Assembly (NCBI RefSeq): GCF_037042905.1
Contig: NC_087250.1
Span: 8,992,001-9,056,000, forward strand
Source: Lytechinus pictus
Lineage: Eukaryota
Direction of reading: 5' to 3'
Length of the DNA stretch: 64,000 bases
Part shown: piece by piece, positions 1 through 12,816 of the stretch
How positions within the stretch are numbered: position 1 is the first letter of the stretch
Layout of the letters: each line of letters begins with the position of its first letter
Position numbers and translations under genes: made by a program
The notes under the pieces: model-generated
What the model was told of the DNA's origin: nothing
The model's database searches: none
Seen by the model: only the letters and a program-made list of their open reading frames with translations

Positions 1-377
1 TGAAATTTTCAGCGTTTTGCTAATTTGATTTATCTCTATTTATTCAAATCAACATTTTTCTGGGGTGGACTTGACCTTTAATGACCTGACAGTTTCTCTG
101 TTTCCAATTATTCCCCTCCTTATATCATCTTCACATTTTTTCTCTTCATTTCTTTCTTCGTATTTGTGTATGTTCCTTCCTTTTTTATTTACCATTTTCC
201 CCTATTTTCGGCAGAAGGGGGGGGGGGTGCGGAGCCGCTCTGGCTCTCTGGATCCACATAATTATCGTTACAGGGAAATACAGTAATTGTAGTTTTGGCC
301 TATAGTCTTCTTTATACAAAGCAGTATAATTGTGTGAATAATTGGGCATGCGTCGCGAACGCGTAGCGCCAAGGTGG

Positions 378-882
378 CGGGGGGGGGGGGGGTGCAGTGA
401 AATATATTGCTGTACACATGCGTAACCAAAAAAAGAAAATAGTTTAAAGGGGTGCATTTTTTAAGTTTTGGACGCGGACCGCGCATGCACTTGTTTAGGG
501 TATCAAAAATACAAATTTTCAAAAAAGGGGTGGTTTTGAAAGACTGGTCAATGGTCAATCGCGGGGTCAAACGTAGAGTCTATTTAGGGTATGTTTTTTC
601 CAAAGTTTTTTTTTAGACTAGCAAAACGCGTTTAGGGTATGTTTTTTCCTCGGGGCTTTTCCTCCTCCTTTCTGAAAAGTGTATGGGCCTGAGACAAAAC
701 TTGTTTAGGTGTCATATTCTGGCGACAACTCGTTTAGGGGCCAAAATGTGCAAAATGAACCCGCGAAAAACTTGTTTAGCGGGTTATTTTCAACACAGAG
801 GAAAACTCGTTTATAGGGGGGTTGGAAATAATTTGGTCATGTGTACAGCAGTACATTTGACTGCCCCCCCCCCCCCCCACGG
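378..882. mobile_element. Non-autonomous DNA transposon with poly-G/poly-C TIRs
   Basis: Inverted ends (poly-G-TGCAGTGAAATATATTGCTGTACACATG / CATGTGTACAGCAGTACATTTGACTG-poly-C); near-identical 8-bp flanks CAAGGTGG (370-377) and CAAGGCGG (883-890). Confidence 0.6.
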
Positions 883-1307
883 CAAGGCGGGTAGAGTTAT
901 AATGTTAACCGACTTTTACATCCTTTCTTCACCAGGGGCTCCTTTCCCTTTTTTTTCACCCGTGACTTTCCCCCATTTTTTCTTATTCATTTAGGTTTCC
1001 TTTTTGTTTGGGAGGGATGTCCCCACCAGAAATTTAGTGTAGACTCATCCTTATGCCCCGCCCATGCTTCCACTGCCTACATTATAACTTTATTTTTTAT
1101 TTTCTTTATTACTGGTACCTTATTTTCATCCTAATCGATGTGCATGTGCAATTTTTTTATTATAAGCAAAGTTGATTTGAGTAAAAAGAGAAAAATCCCA
1201 CAAGCATAACGCTGAAAAAAAGAAAGTGATAACAATTTACATGTTTGCTTCATTTCACCAGGGAGTTGTGATGTATTTCACAACAATGATGTGAACATCC
1301 TGGTCGG

Positions 1308-2377
1308 CAGTGGCGTAACTACGGGAGGGGGGCATGTGCCCCCCAATCGGCTGACTCCCCCCCCCAAAAAAAAAAAAAGGGGGGAAAGGAGAAAAAGAGG
1401 GAGAAAGGAAGAGAAATGTACTGGGAAAGAAGAAATTATTGTTCATTATGATGTTTTGTTAAATTATGATTATGTTATGTTATATTACATAAGAAATATC
1501 TTTTTCATAAATTTATGAAACATTAACTCAGGCCCTATGTCTTCACTGTTCCTGGTGCTCGCATTGTCTGTTTAAGAAGATATCTAATCCTGTTGTACTA
1601 AAACCTCCCGTTTTCAAGTCAATATACACCAAATATATTTTTTCGCACTTCGAGATATTGTTTTATGCACAATAGTATGCTTCTTTTTCATGACTACTTA
1701 AAGCGATTGCCCAATATTAAGGTCTTAATATAAAACATTTCCTGTCCGTGCTTACGTTCGCAATTAGTGGATTGGTGAGGTATAACTGCCCTCCATGAGT
1801 TCCTATAGAATCAGTCCTTAAAATGTCCCTTTTTCTGATCTGAATGTAAAAAAATTTCAGCTCGCTCTTCGTATAATGATTACACAAATTTAATTATAAT
1901 GTCAATTTTTAGGTCTGAATATCCAAAATTTTCAGTTCGCGCTTTGCGCTCGCAATATTTGATTAGTGAGATGCGTATGATGATTACAATTACTACAAGC
2001 ATGACAAGTGCTTAATGTGTTTAGATGCAATACTAACAAAATCAGCAAGAGCTTGGCACTCGCATTAGATGACTATGGTGAGATATGTATACTCTTAATG
2101 GATTCCTAAAATATAGTCCTTAAAATCTCCCTGTTTGAGGTCAATATATACAAAAATTTCAGCTCGCGCTTCGCGCTCGCATTGTTTAGTGAGACAGGTA
2201 CGTATAATGATTACAGAAATTTGAGTCCCTTTTTAGGTCTGAATATCCAACATTTTCAGCTCGCGCTTCGCGCTCGCATTATTTGATCAGTTAGATACAT
2301 ACGAAGCGCGCTCACTAAGTGGCTCAGAATTTTTGCTGGTGCCCCCCCCCAATGCCGTGACCCACAGTACGCCACTG
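1308..2377. mobile_element. hAT-like non-autonomous element
   Basis: TIR CAGTGGCGTA...TACGCCACTG; exact 8-bp TSD CTGGTCGG (1300-1307, 2378-2385); internal GCTCGCGCTTCGCGCTCGC repeats. Inserted into an older repeat related to 2936-3482. Confidence 0.85.
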
Positions 2378-2935
2378 CTGGTCGGTATGCAAATGAGGGG
2401 ACTGACGACATCACTCACTATTTTTTTTGGTATTTTAATATATTGAATATTGATGTTTCAAATTTCTCCTCATCGTCACGTGAAGCAAAATTTTCTCTTC
2501 TAAACATGTGGCATTGCCATGGTACTAACATTTAATATGTTCAGTCAAGTTGGTCTTTTATGTCAAATCTGTAAACATTGAAATATCGTTAAAACTATTT
2601 TTTAATGAAAGAAGAAGAAAGAAAAAGTATAAAATGAGGGACATCATTGTCTTTCTCATTTTACATGCCATTTTAAGTTGTGAATATAAAGTCTTCACTG
2701 TTTTTTTTTTAAGTATTTGAATTTAATTTTATTATTTATAACCTGCACACAGGTTTCTGTTGCCAACAGCCCTGGCTGTAATGACAGATTGGAATTAAAG
2801 ATGTAATAATATTTAACTAGAAAAAAGAAAAGTGATTAAGGAGTAATGAGATAGAATCAAATAAATGTGGAGAATAGGGAAGAAAAATGAGAGCCAAAGA
2901 GAAATGGACTTCGTGCAAATTATATGAAATCTTAA

Positions 2936-3482
2936 AGGTCAAGTCCACCCTATAATTTTTTTATTTGAATAAATAGAAGAAAATCAAACTAGCTAGGCTG
3001 AAAATTTCATCAAAATCGGACGTAAAATAAGAAATGTATGATATTTTAAAGTTTCGCTTATTTTTCACAAAACAGTGATGTGACATGCACACCTGGGATG
3101 CAAACGAGACAGTTTATAACCCTAACTCACTATTTCATTTGTTTGTTAGTGTTTAAATTGTGCAATAAGGACCAAGTTAACTAAACCATAGTAATAAAAA
3201 AGCTGATTCACCATGTTCAGGGAGGAATTGGTCGTTGTTTCATTTGACATGAGGAGAAAATTAGAATATTTCACATAATCAAATGCAAAAAAAGTGGATA
3301 GTCTCCTCATTTGCAAATCGGACCAGGATGTGAAAAACTGTATGTGAATTTAACCGAAACTTTAAAATGTGATTAAACTTTCTTATTTAACATTCGATTT
3401 TGAGGACATTTTCAGTGTTACAAAATGTTGGATTTTCCTTTTTTTATTCAAATCAACTTCTTTGTTGGGTGAACTTGTCCTT
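2936..3482. mobile_element. Kolobok-like (TTAA) non-autonomous element
   Basis: TTAA-AGGTCAAGTCCACCC start, degenerate inverted end GGGTGAACTTGTCCTT; the same terminus GGGTGGACTTGACCTTTAA ends at ~81. Superfamily inferred from TTAA plus AG termini. Confidence 0.5.
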
Positions 3483-3551
3483 GATCCTTAGTTATATTCA
3501 TAATCTATTATAGGGCTAATAAAATACATGAAGGAAGTTCCAACCTACATG

Positions 3552-4095
3552 CCCGGGGGGGGGGGGGCACTCGACCAAAAAAGTGGTAGGGGTGTGCCGC
3601 GGGCGAGACAAAAAACGGGGGCCTTGGAGCGGGCTTATTGTAAAAAGGAGGGTCCTCGGAACGGGCTTCGGAACTACAATTTTGTGAAAACGGGGGTCCT
3701 TGGAACGGATCGCCAGCGTGCGAGTACGTGCGTATGTACCCCTATGGAACGGGCATGCGTGCATGATGCAGCTATACGCGGCCTCCGCTGGGTGCGCTAG
3801 CGCAGAGACGATGGTCGGACAGCACTCGGCGGCCGCTTTTCACCAAAATTGCAGCAGATCAATGCGACCGGAACGGCGTAACGAAAAATATGCGAAGCTT
3901 TGGAGCGGATTTCTTTCTTTTTTTTTCTCGATAAGAACAAAGTGCTATGCCTTGGAGCGGCTTTCTTTGTTTTTTGTCTCGATAAGACAAAAATGCTATG
4001 CCTCGGAACGAAAATTTGAGTGTGAAAATGGGGGTCCCCTCCGCGGCACATACCCACTATGCATTATATACTGAGTGCCCCCCCCCCCCCCCGGG
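3552..4095. mobile_element. Non-autonomous DNA transposon with CCCGGGGG TIRs, 8-bp TSD
   Basis: CCCGGG-polyG-CACTC ... GAGTG-polyC-CCGGG; exact TSD CCTACATG (3544-3551, 4096-4103). Confidence 0.85.
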
Positions 4096-4572
4096 CCTAC
4101 ATGTATATAAAGTGAAAAAATTACCCAACAGAAAGATATAAAGAAACTGTTTGCATTGGTATTGGAACAAACTATAATGGGCCAATACAAGAAATAGACA
4201 TTTCTATAGCTTACGTGTACTTCCCTGCTTAGGACTGGAAGATTTGTTCTAGCAGGGATATGTGACTATTTCCTATGGTATTATACAGTAGGCCCTATAA
4301 TGACCATTTCATTTCTGCATTTGGATGTAGACCACAAGATCCCTGGAGGGTTTTCTGGGCATGGGGACATTGTTTATGTTGGATTAACTACTGGCTAAAT
4401 CTTATCTGAGTTATCAATTATCTTCCCACTGGCCACTGGTAGCAGTTCCCCTGGGAGGCTGATTGACAATGTTTACTAGCCAATGGAAAGTGACTCTGAA
4501 AGAAGGAGGTGGGGCCAGATTTGGAGCGTGAGAAATGATTTTTGGAAGATTATGCAGACCCTGTATTGGAAC

Positions 4573-4713
4573 CAGCGTGGCCAGTGAAAAAAATCAAATT
4601 ATGCCAGAGGAGCAGCGAAATTATGCTAGATCACGAAAAATTATGCCAAACCGTTTTGGACCCTAGGATTTTCCACAGGGGGGGGCAAAACCGTCCGCCA
4701 AAAAAATTTGACA

Positions 4714-4747
<34 letters not shown>

Positions 4748-4793
4748 TCTTCAATCACAAATAAAGGATTTCGTACCAGAAGAAAAATTGACA

Positions 4794-4827
<34 letters not shown>

Positions 4828-5108
4828 TCTTCAATCACAAATAAAGGATTTCGTACCAGAAGAAAAATTGACAAGCAAAAAAAAAAAAAAAAAAAAGGTC
4901 TTCAATCTTCAAATAGATCAATTATGCTATTATTATGCAAGATTCTTTGCTTAAAACAGCCTAATTATGCCCCAAATTATGCTGAAAGGGTCGAAATTAT
5001 GCCAGAAAAAAAGTCTAATTATGCCAGAATTATGCCGGCATAATGAATTATGCTGAAAGGGTCGAAATTATGCCAGAAAGCATAATTATGCCAGTTCTGG
5101 CAACGTTG
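4573..5108. mobile_element. hAT-like non-autonomous element
   Basis: TIR CAGCGTGGCCAG / CTGGCAACGTTG; exact 8-bp TSD ATTGGAAC (4565-4572, 5109-5116); internal AATTATGC repeats and ~80-bp poly-A-containing tandem units. Confidence 0.8.
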
Positions 5109-5198
5109 ATTGGAACAGCAAGTTTTGTATGTGCTAGTCTTTGCGTGGAGGCACACTTGTTGATCAAAGTTCCAATCAGGGTCTGTGCCTGCAGACTA

Positions 5199-6307
5199 GA
5201 CTTCAGCCCCGCTTCAGCCCCTACCTTTTTCCAAAACATTGTGAATCATTCTGAACTAAAATCCTATAGAAATGCCTTTTCTTCCAGACCCGGTTAATTA
5301 AAAATTATAATATAAGTTCAAAGTCTTTTTTTCCAGACCCGGTTGTTTAAAAAATTATAATATAAGTTCAAAGTCTTTTTTTCCAGACCCGGTTAATTAA
5401 AAATTATAATATAAGTTCAAAGTCTTTTTTTCCAGACCCGGTTAATTAAAAATTATAATATAAGTCCAAAGTCTTTTTTTCCAGACCCGGTTGTTTAAAA
5501 AATTATAATATAAGTTCAAAGTCTTTTTTTCCAGACCCGGTTGTTTAAAAAATTATAATATAAGTTCAAAGTCTTTTTTTCCAGACCCGGTTAATTAAAA
5601 ATTATAATATAAGTCCAAACTAAGATACCATAATGATATTCCAGTGGAATAAAAAAAAATCGAATTTAGTCTTTTCTCCAAACCCTGTTATTCCAAAATT
5701 ATAAATAATAATACAACAACAACAACAACGTTATTCTACATCAATAATATTAGGGGGGCCTTGGTTAATTAATATTGTTTGTTTTTATTGTTACTCATGA
5801 TTTCCTATTTTGAAATAACTGGAGCAAAGACTACACCATATTCCGTGCTATTCAATGTTGATAAGATTTCAGGGTTTTTGTTTTGTTGTGTTTTTAACGA
5901 TTTTTATAACTGGGTCTGGAGGAAAGACTACGCTATATTTCCATGTTATTTAACAATAATAAGAGATTGGGGATCTTTGTTACTTTTTTACTCTTTAAGA
6001 AATGATTTGTAAAAGTGGGTCTGGAAAAAAGACTTTGGACTTATATTATAATTTTTGAAACAACCGGGTCTGGAAAAAAAGACTTTGGACTTATATTATA
6101 ATTTTTTAAACAACCGGGTCTGGAAAAAAAGACTTTGAACTTATATTATAATTTTTTAAACAACCGGGTCTGGAAAAAAAGACTTTGAACTTATATTATA
6201 ATTTTTAATTAACCGGGTCTGGAAAAAAAGGCATTTCTATAGGATTTTAGTTCAGAATGATTCACAATGTTTTGGAAAAAGGTAGGGGCTGAAGCGGGGC
6301 TGAAGTC
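5199..6307. repeat. Foldback-like inverted repeat built from ~60-bp tandem units
   Basis: 5199-~5620 and ~6020-6307 are reverse complements, each with tandem TTTTTCCAGACCCGG...TTATAATATAAGTYCAAAGTC units. The same units recur at ~58290-58910. Confidence 0.8.
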
Positions 6308-7074
6308 CCCCCCCCCCTCCCTCAACTTCCGCAGCCATACTCTAAAATGTTTTATCCTTGTCACAATGCATCGGGAAACTGTCCCCATCCCCTTGTTGAA
6401 CGAGCACGATTTTATGTTGTGAGGGGACGGTATCACGAGTATAATATACTGTAGGAGCTATCCCCACTGCGTGCCAAACGAACTGTGTATCCCATAGCGT
6501 GGGGACTGGATCACGAGTATACTATACTGTTGAAACTGTCCCCACTGCGTGCAAAGTGAACCGTGTATCCCATAGCGTGGGGACTGGATCACGAGTATAT
6601 ATACTGTTGAAACTGTCCCCACCGCCGTGAAAATCAAGCTTGATTTCCCGTTGAGTGGGGACTGTATCACGAGTATATAATAGGGAGAGAACCCTAGTGT
6701 TTATATACAATGTGTTTCATTTGTGTGTGTTATCATTTTGCCACAGAGTTGTGCGAGAGTTGGAGACTGTGTTCTGGAGAAAGGAAGTGATTTTCATGCG
6801 TTCTGGTAGGTGTGATTCTAATAATCCCCACTTCTGGATTTGGGGACTATATCACGATTATGCCCGCAAATTATGGTCACCCGATATATTATGATCGATC
6901 ATCATATTACTATCTACTGACAAGATAACAATAGGCAGAGATATACAGTCAAAATGATGAAATTATCGTACATTTGTCCTTGCTTTCGTAAGGTCAGCTC
7001 AGCTGTGCAGACCGGTGCCAGTCGCCGCGGCGGCCCGGCCCGGTACGGGCCAAACGATGACTGCAGGAGTCCAG

Positions 7075-8947
7075 GGGCCTGTTGCATGAAAGGGTCTTTC
7101 GTAGAACCATTCTACGTAAGAACGAGATATCGCTCAACTGTTTCACAAAGCCGATTTGGGCGATACGAAGAATGGTCCTTGGAAAGACACCTCCAGACAT
7201 GTCCTACGTAGGCATGATCTTCTTTGCACACCGCCCGCCACCGTCGGCATTGAGAGAAAATGCATTTACGGCAAGCCACACTGACATATCACCTCTAAAC
7301 ATTTTTTTTGGTTGCACTCTGATGCATTTTATCTGGGATGGTGCCAAGTTATGTTTTATATGGGGGCTATAGTTGTCATCAATTTCAGGTCGTCTTTTTG
7401 CACGGCAGGACGACCAAAAACGGATGTCATTTTAACTTCTCCGGCCGGGGTACATGTATTATTCCCGGGGGTAATGTATAGGGCCAAATATTTTTTAAAA
7501 TAATATGTTTTCTTCTATTCTCCCTCCGTCTTATCCCACCCCTTTTCTATTAAAAAAATAAACTTGAAATACTTGAAATGGGCGGCACTATATCTCTTTA
7601 GCCGACCCCAGTCATGCTTTCTCATTAAAGATAAACAACAAATTTCTTTAAAAGAAATTATGTAAGGTAAAAAACGTGTTCAATAACATTCAGCAAAAAA
7701 AAACCAAGACAAACAAAACTAAGATGTTAAACATGCTAAATCATTTATTTATTTTTATTTTATTTTCATTATAATTATTTTTTTTTGCTGAGATTTATTT
7801 TAATCAATGAAAATTAATTGTTGGATTTGAAACAGTGAAACAAAACAAAAAACCTGCAGCTAATATTGAATTTAAGATACAGATTAAGCCTATAGCTTAC
7901 GAATCCATCACAATCATTACAAATGAAGATAAGTTCATTAAAGAAAAGATTATGGAAAGTCCATACGAAGAGGCGCATTTTAAATCTTTTATGTTATTTC
8001 TTAAACCTTCCATAAATTAAGTGATCATCTTTAAATATGACCAGCGTTTATGATCGTTGTCATATTTAGCATTATTTCTGTAAAAGTATTTGTCCATTGC
8101 GGATTGATTCACACCTTTTTCTATGTTTTAATTATTATTGCAAAGTACTACTTTATCCACTTGGACATGTTTGCAGCAATTTTCATATTTTCATTTTCTT
8201 CTGTTACTCATCATGCAACTGAGGTATGTTTATACTCTAAATACTCACATTTGTATTTCTTGCGTTATATCTGACAAATAAAATAAATAAATTAGATTTT
8301 TCACACGCAGCCTCTCATATTTTCCTTTTTAGTCTCATACAATCAGACACTGTTGATTTTGTTTACTCCATTCAAACCCTATATTTACCTCAACAAATAA
8401 CATATTAACGCATAATTTGCAAAATTATCATTATATACAAGTATTCTATAAAAATACAGAATATTGAACTCATAAATGTCGAAATTACTTAGTTAAATCA
8501 ATTTTTATGTCGGACAAGGGTCTCTTTCGTTGAAATATCAATAAAAGGTGTCTCTAAAAAGACACCGTGTTCTAAATAAGGGAAATAATGAAAATTTCGA
8601 TTTTATTTAGTTATGTTTGTGAATCTTTAAAGTTTTTTCTCTTTTAACCTCATAAAGTAAGCTCCATACATCAATTCTACTATCAGTAATAAATAAAACA
8701 TTATTTGATCTCCTTTTATTGAAATATCGGATTTTATGTAAAGTCGTCATTCAGAAATAAAAGGTTCAGGTGACGATGAAGACTAAATATTTTTCCGATA
8801 CTATCGATATCAAACGATGTCGCGGACTTGGAAGACAAAATTGCCTTCGTGAAACGGAAAGCGCTGATTTGTCGCCAATCTTCCTATCTCGGAAGAATGG
8901 TCCTAGGACGTTCCTACGTATCGCTCATCTCGTCATGCAACAGGCCC
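7075..8947. mobile_element. PIF/Harbinger-like non-autonomous element
   Basis: TIR GGGCCTGTTGCATGA / TCATGCAACAGGCCC; 3-bp TSD CAG (7072-7074, 8948-8950). A related short inverted element lies at ~9345-9645. Confidence 0.75.
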
Positions 8948-9907
8948 CAGCTCAGCCTCAGCTCAGCTGCTCACACACTCACACTCACAGTCACATCACA
9001 ATAAAATTGGACTCTTCTCTGCTTACCTTTTTCTGTGAAAACGAAGGTTCCTGGAAAAACTTCGGAACAGGTCTGGCTGGTGTTGGAAACCCACTAAAAC
9101 TCGATCTAGAATTAACCTTGGAATGCATTCCTGCGTTAAGTCAGACACACTCCTTTCTTCGTTCTCGATCTCTTTACAAAATTAGATTTTCCGCTAGAGA
9201 CATATCGCGATCACTTGTTTACGTTTTACTCTATGGAGGTTACGTGCATTAACGAGTGATTGCGATTATCAAACGATACCGCGGGAAAATCTCGAAAGGC
9301 GCGCGCAATTCTGAGGTTGGTTGGTTTCGAGGTTTGGAGATTGCCGAAAGGGTCTTTTCAAGGACCGTCTTTCGCGTCGCCCATCTTTTATGATGCGCTA
9401 TAAGCGGGGTGTTTCTGAAATTTAGGATAAACAAATAAAATTCGTAAGCTTGCTTTCAAATAAAATTTTATGCAATTTTATGAAATATCACATCATTCTA
9501 TAAACAAATATTTTGTTTATTTTAACGGACGAATAAAATATGTTTGCAGATAATTTATTTGTAATACGTTTCACATGGCACATCATAAAAAAATGGGCGA
9601 CACGAAAGACAGTCCTTGCAAAGACCCTTTCGTGCAATCGACCCCAGTGGTTTGGTTGTTTGTGGGGTTGTTTGATAGGCCAATTCACCAAGCACTCCTT
9701 AGCTTTTTACCAGAATGAAGAGCGCCATCTTTACGTTACATTTTTATGCTCATCCAACCTTTTTTTTAATTATTTTATAAAGGGAAGTTTGAACAGCGAG
9801 ACGAATAGAAGATACCAGAAGTGACATTTTGAGGAATATCCTTCAAGGGAATTAAATTGCTTCATTTGTAACGTCATATGCAGGCAGCTTCCCCATCTAT
9901 CAAGGAC

Positions 9908-10112
9908 TAATGAATAAATGAATAAATGAATAAATGAATAAATAAATAAATAAATAAATAAATAAATGAATAAATAAATAAATAAATAAATAAATACATA
10001 AATACATAAATACATAAATACATAAATACATAAATACATGAATGAATGAATGAATAAATAAATAAATAAATAAATAAATAAATGAATAAATAAACAAATA
10101 AATAAATAAATA
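9908..10112. repeat. (AATA/AATG/ATAC)n microsatellite
   Basis: Tetranucleotide array read directly. Confidence 0.95.
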
Positions 10113-11016
10113 TTAAATGAAATGTCATTTTCTGGGAACTTTTTTTACCTTGAGTATTTCATGTCCTCTCCTTAAGTAAAAACAAATTCATTATGAAATG
10201 AAACATGAAATTGAAATAATGTATAAAGAATTTGGTTACAAAAGGGGTTAGGTCCACTTTGGACCATTCCGAGAAAAATCATGTTTTTTATTCTCATGCA
10301 CTTATTGCAATATTCTTATGATAAACTAAATTGTCATACTACCCGATCATGACTGTAAACATAAAATTGGGTGTAAAAGAAACGTACCTGTATTCAATTT
10401 TTTTCTACATATTTTGTTCAAAAATTATAATTGTGGACCAATAACCTCTTTTGCAAGCAATCTGAAATGAATTCAATCTCTTTTGAATATAAAAATGATT
10501 ATCTTTGCCAATTTTATTCACGTTTTAATGTTAATTTCAAATTTTTCTTTGGTATCATTATAGCGACTAAAAATCTATAGGTTTTGAGACAGAAAACAAT
10601 AAAATTTATGAAAAATGGACCTAACCCCTTTTGACAGGTGAGCTCTTTAGAAGAGTTTGGTTGCAAAAGGGGTTAGGTCCATTCCCAGAATTTTTTTTTA
10701 ATTCTCCCATATTGCAATATTCTTATGCGAAACTAAATTTTCATGATACCATATACCCTAAAATGAGATCACAAAACTGGGTATATATTTATTAAAGAAA
10801 TCTACGGTCGACTACGTGAATACTATGATTCACACTGTTGAAATGCTCAAATTTTATACAGTGTGAAGGTGATTTTACACCACACACGGGGCACTGCAGT
10901 GTGTTCATTCCAGTAGGGAGAACATTTTGATTGAACCCTAAGGTTTGCTTTTATAATTACGACAATCCCGTCACTATCTGTTTGACGGTAAATATCACTT
11001 CTGGAAAGAACGCCTG

Positions 11017-11233
11017 CACTGTAAAAACTGTGGTGTTAAAACTGACACCAGTTGGTGTTAATAGAGGACCACACCCCGAGGTGTTAAAATTACACCCTAG
11101 AGATTGAACATAACACCAAAGAGTGTAAATGTAACAACCAAAGTGTTAAACTAACACCATCAATTTAACACCGGAGTAAAATAACTGGTGTGGTCCTCTA
11201 TGTACACCGGTTAACACCACAGTTTTTGCTGTG
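11017..11233. mobile_element. CACTA/EnSpm-like MITE
   Basis: TIR CACTGTAAAAACTGTGGTGTTAA / TTAACACCACAGTTTTTGCTGTG; 2-bp TSD TG. Confidence 0.65.
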
Positions 11234-12603
11234 TGTGTTCTATACAGCCTATATGCATGTTGACAGTGTCAGAACACGATGTGAAATCACCTTCACACTG
11301 TTAATTTGAGCATTTCAACAGTGCGAATCCCTTATTCATATGGTCGACCATGTGAACACGATGTGAACAGTCACACTGTTGACGTGTCCACTATAGTGTG
11401 AAAATATCTTTACACTGTTGAATTTGAGCATTTTAACAGTGTGCATAATATTTTCACGCAGTCCACTTTTTAACACACTGGTCACGCTGCGTGACTCTGT
11501 GTTCCTTCCGGCTGGGATATGTGAGGCGGTGATATAGGGGCAGGGGCGAAAGCCCATATGACCTTTTAATAGTGAATAAAAGTTAGAAGAAAAAGAGATG
11601 AAGAGAAAGGGGAATAAAAAACAAAATACGGAAGAGTGTAAAAGAGATGTTGGAGCACGTATGTTCACGGCCTCAAATCAGTGGAGCGCGCCATTGAAAG
11701 GCCTTCCCGCCTAGCCGTATTGTTAGCGACGTTCGTGAGCATCACTTTGCTCACTCTCTAAAATGTCTGCGACATTAAAATCATAAAAACAATGGAATCG
11801 TTAAATTTCAGTGAGGCTATGAATGTTTATCACTTACGTTGACTATCAGTGTACCAACATATACCAAATTTAAAAGCAAGTGTTGGTAAGACGTCGAATT
11901 ATCAGTCATTTCGATGCAATCCCAAAATTGATGAAAATATAACAGAAATTTGATATAGCATTGCAAAATCCTTATTTTTGAATCACCTTAATTTTTTATT
12001 TTCTTTAAAAGCATCTTAGTACATTTCCTAGAATTTTTCATAACTGATAACGGTAGTGGATTATTGATTCCAGTTTTTTAAAGGAAATGACAGGCATTTG
12101 AAATCAGCTAAATTTTTAAAAGAAAATCGTTAGATTCGAACAACTTACTAATAGTTCTCCGAAAGAAGAGTTATATTCTATGTTTTGTGTTGTAAATGAT
12201 ACATGACGATAAATTTTACGAGTATATCAATGCATGTTGGATAACCTTTTCCACGATGAGTTTCGTAATTGAGAGAAAAATCAAGTTCATTCCTAGCACA
12301 CGAGCCGCAGAATGATAAATTTTAGCGTGCGCACACGGGCTGATCGCCGTGTCTGCGGGGACGGATATCTAGTCCCATACTGGTGTAAGGTGGTATTTTC
12401 CACGTACCTTTTCCCCTTGTAATGATCACTTCGCACTTTAGTGCTTAATTTTGACACTTAATCTGTGAAATTAATGGTTTAACGATTTTGGAAAATGCTC
12501 GGAATATACCTGACACATAAATGATTTCATTTTCGAGAATTATTATTTCTTTCCTGAATTACCAAAAGGCAAATTTAGGTCAAGATTGCATTATGTAACA
12601 TAC

Positions 12604-12816
12604 TGTGGCGGCCCTCCTTCTTGGAACGGGTTCTGGATGCTGGGGGGCCGGCCTGTCCCTTGCCTCTTTCACCTTCATCCGTTGATGAATTACTAGCCAT
12701 CTTTGATGCGAGCAGCTTCCTTATAATCTGTATAATATGGCTTTATGTAGAGACCTGGGCGTGTTCCGTTTTCCCAAAATATATGGGGGTGGAGTGTTGA
12801 GGGGTAGTCTGAACAG
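12604..12816 (-). repeat. Truncated 3' LTR (U5 end only)
   Basis: Identical by eye to 17429-17641; joined directly to integrase coding sequence with no polypurine tract. Confidence 0.9.

Noticed and set aside
5270..5620. CRISPR-like array
   Set aside because: Whole units repeat with no unique spacers, no cas genes, eukaryotic context. The same applies to 51090-52470.
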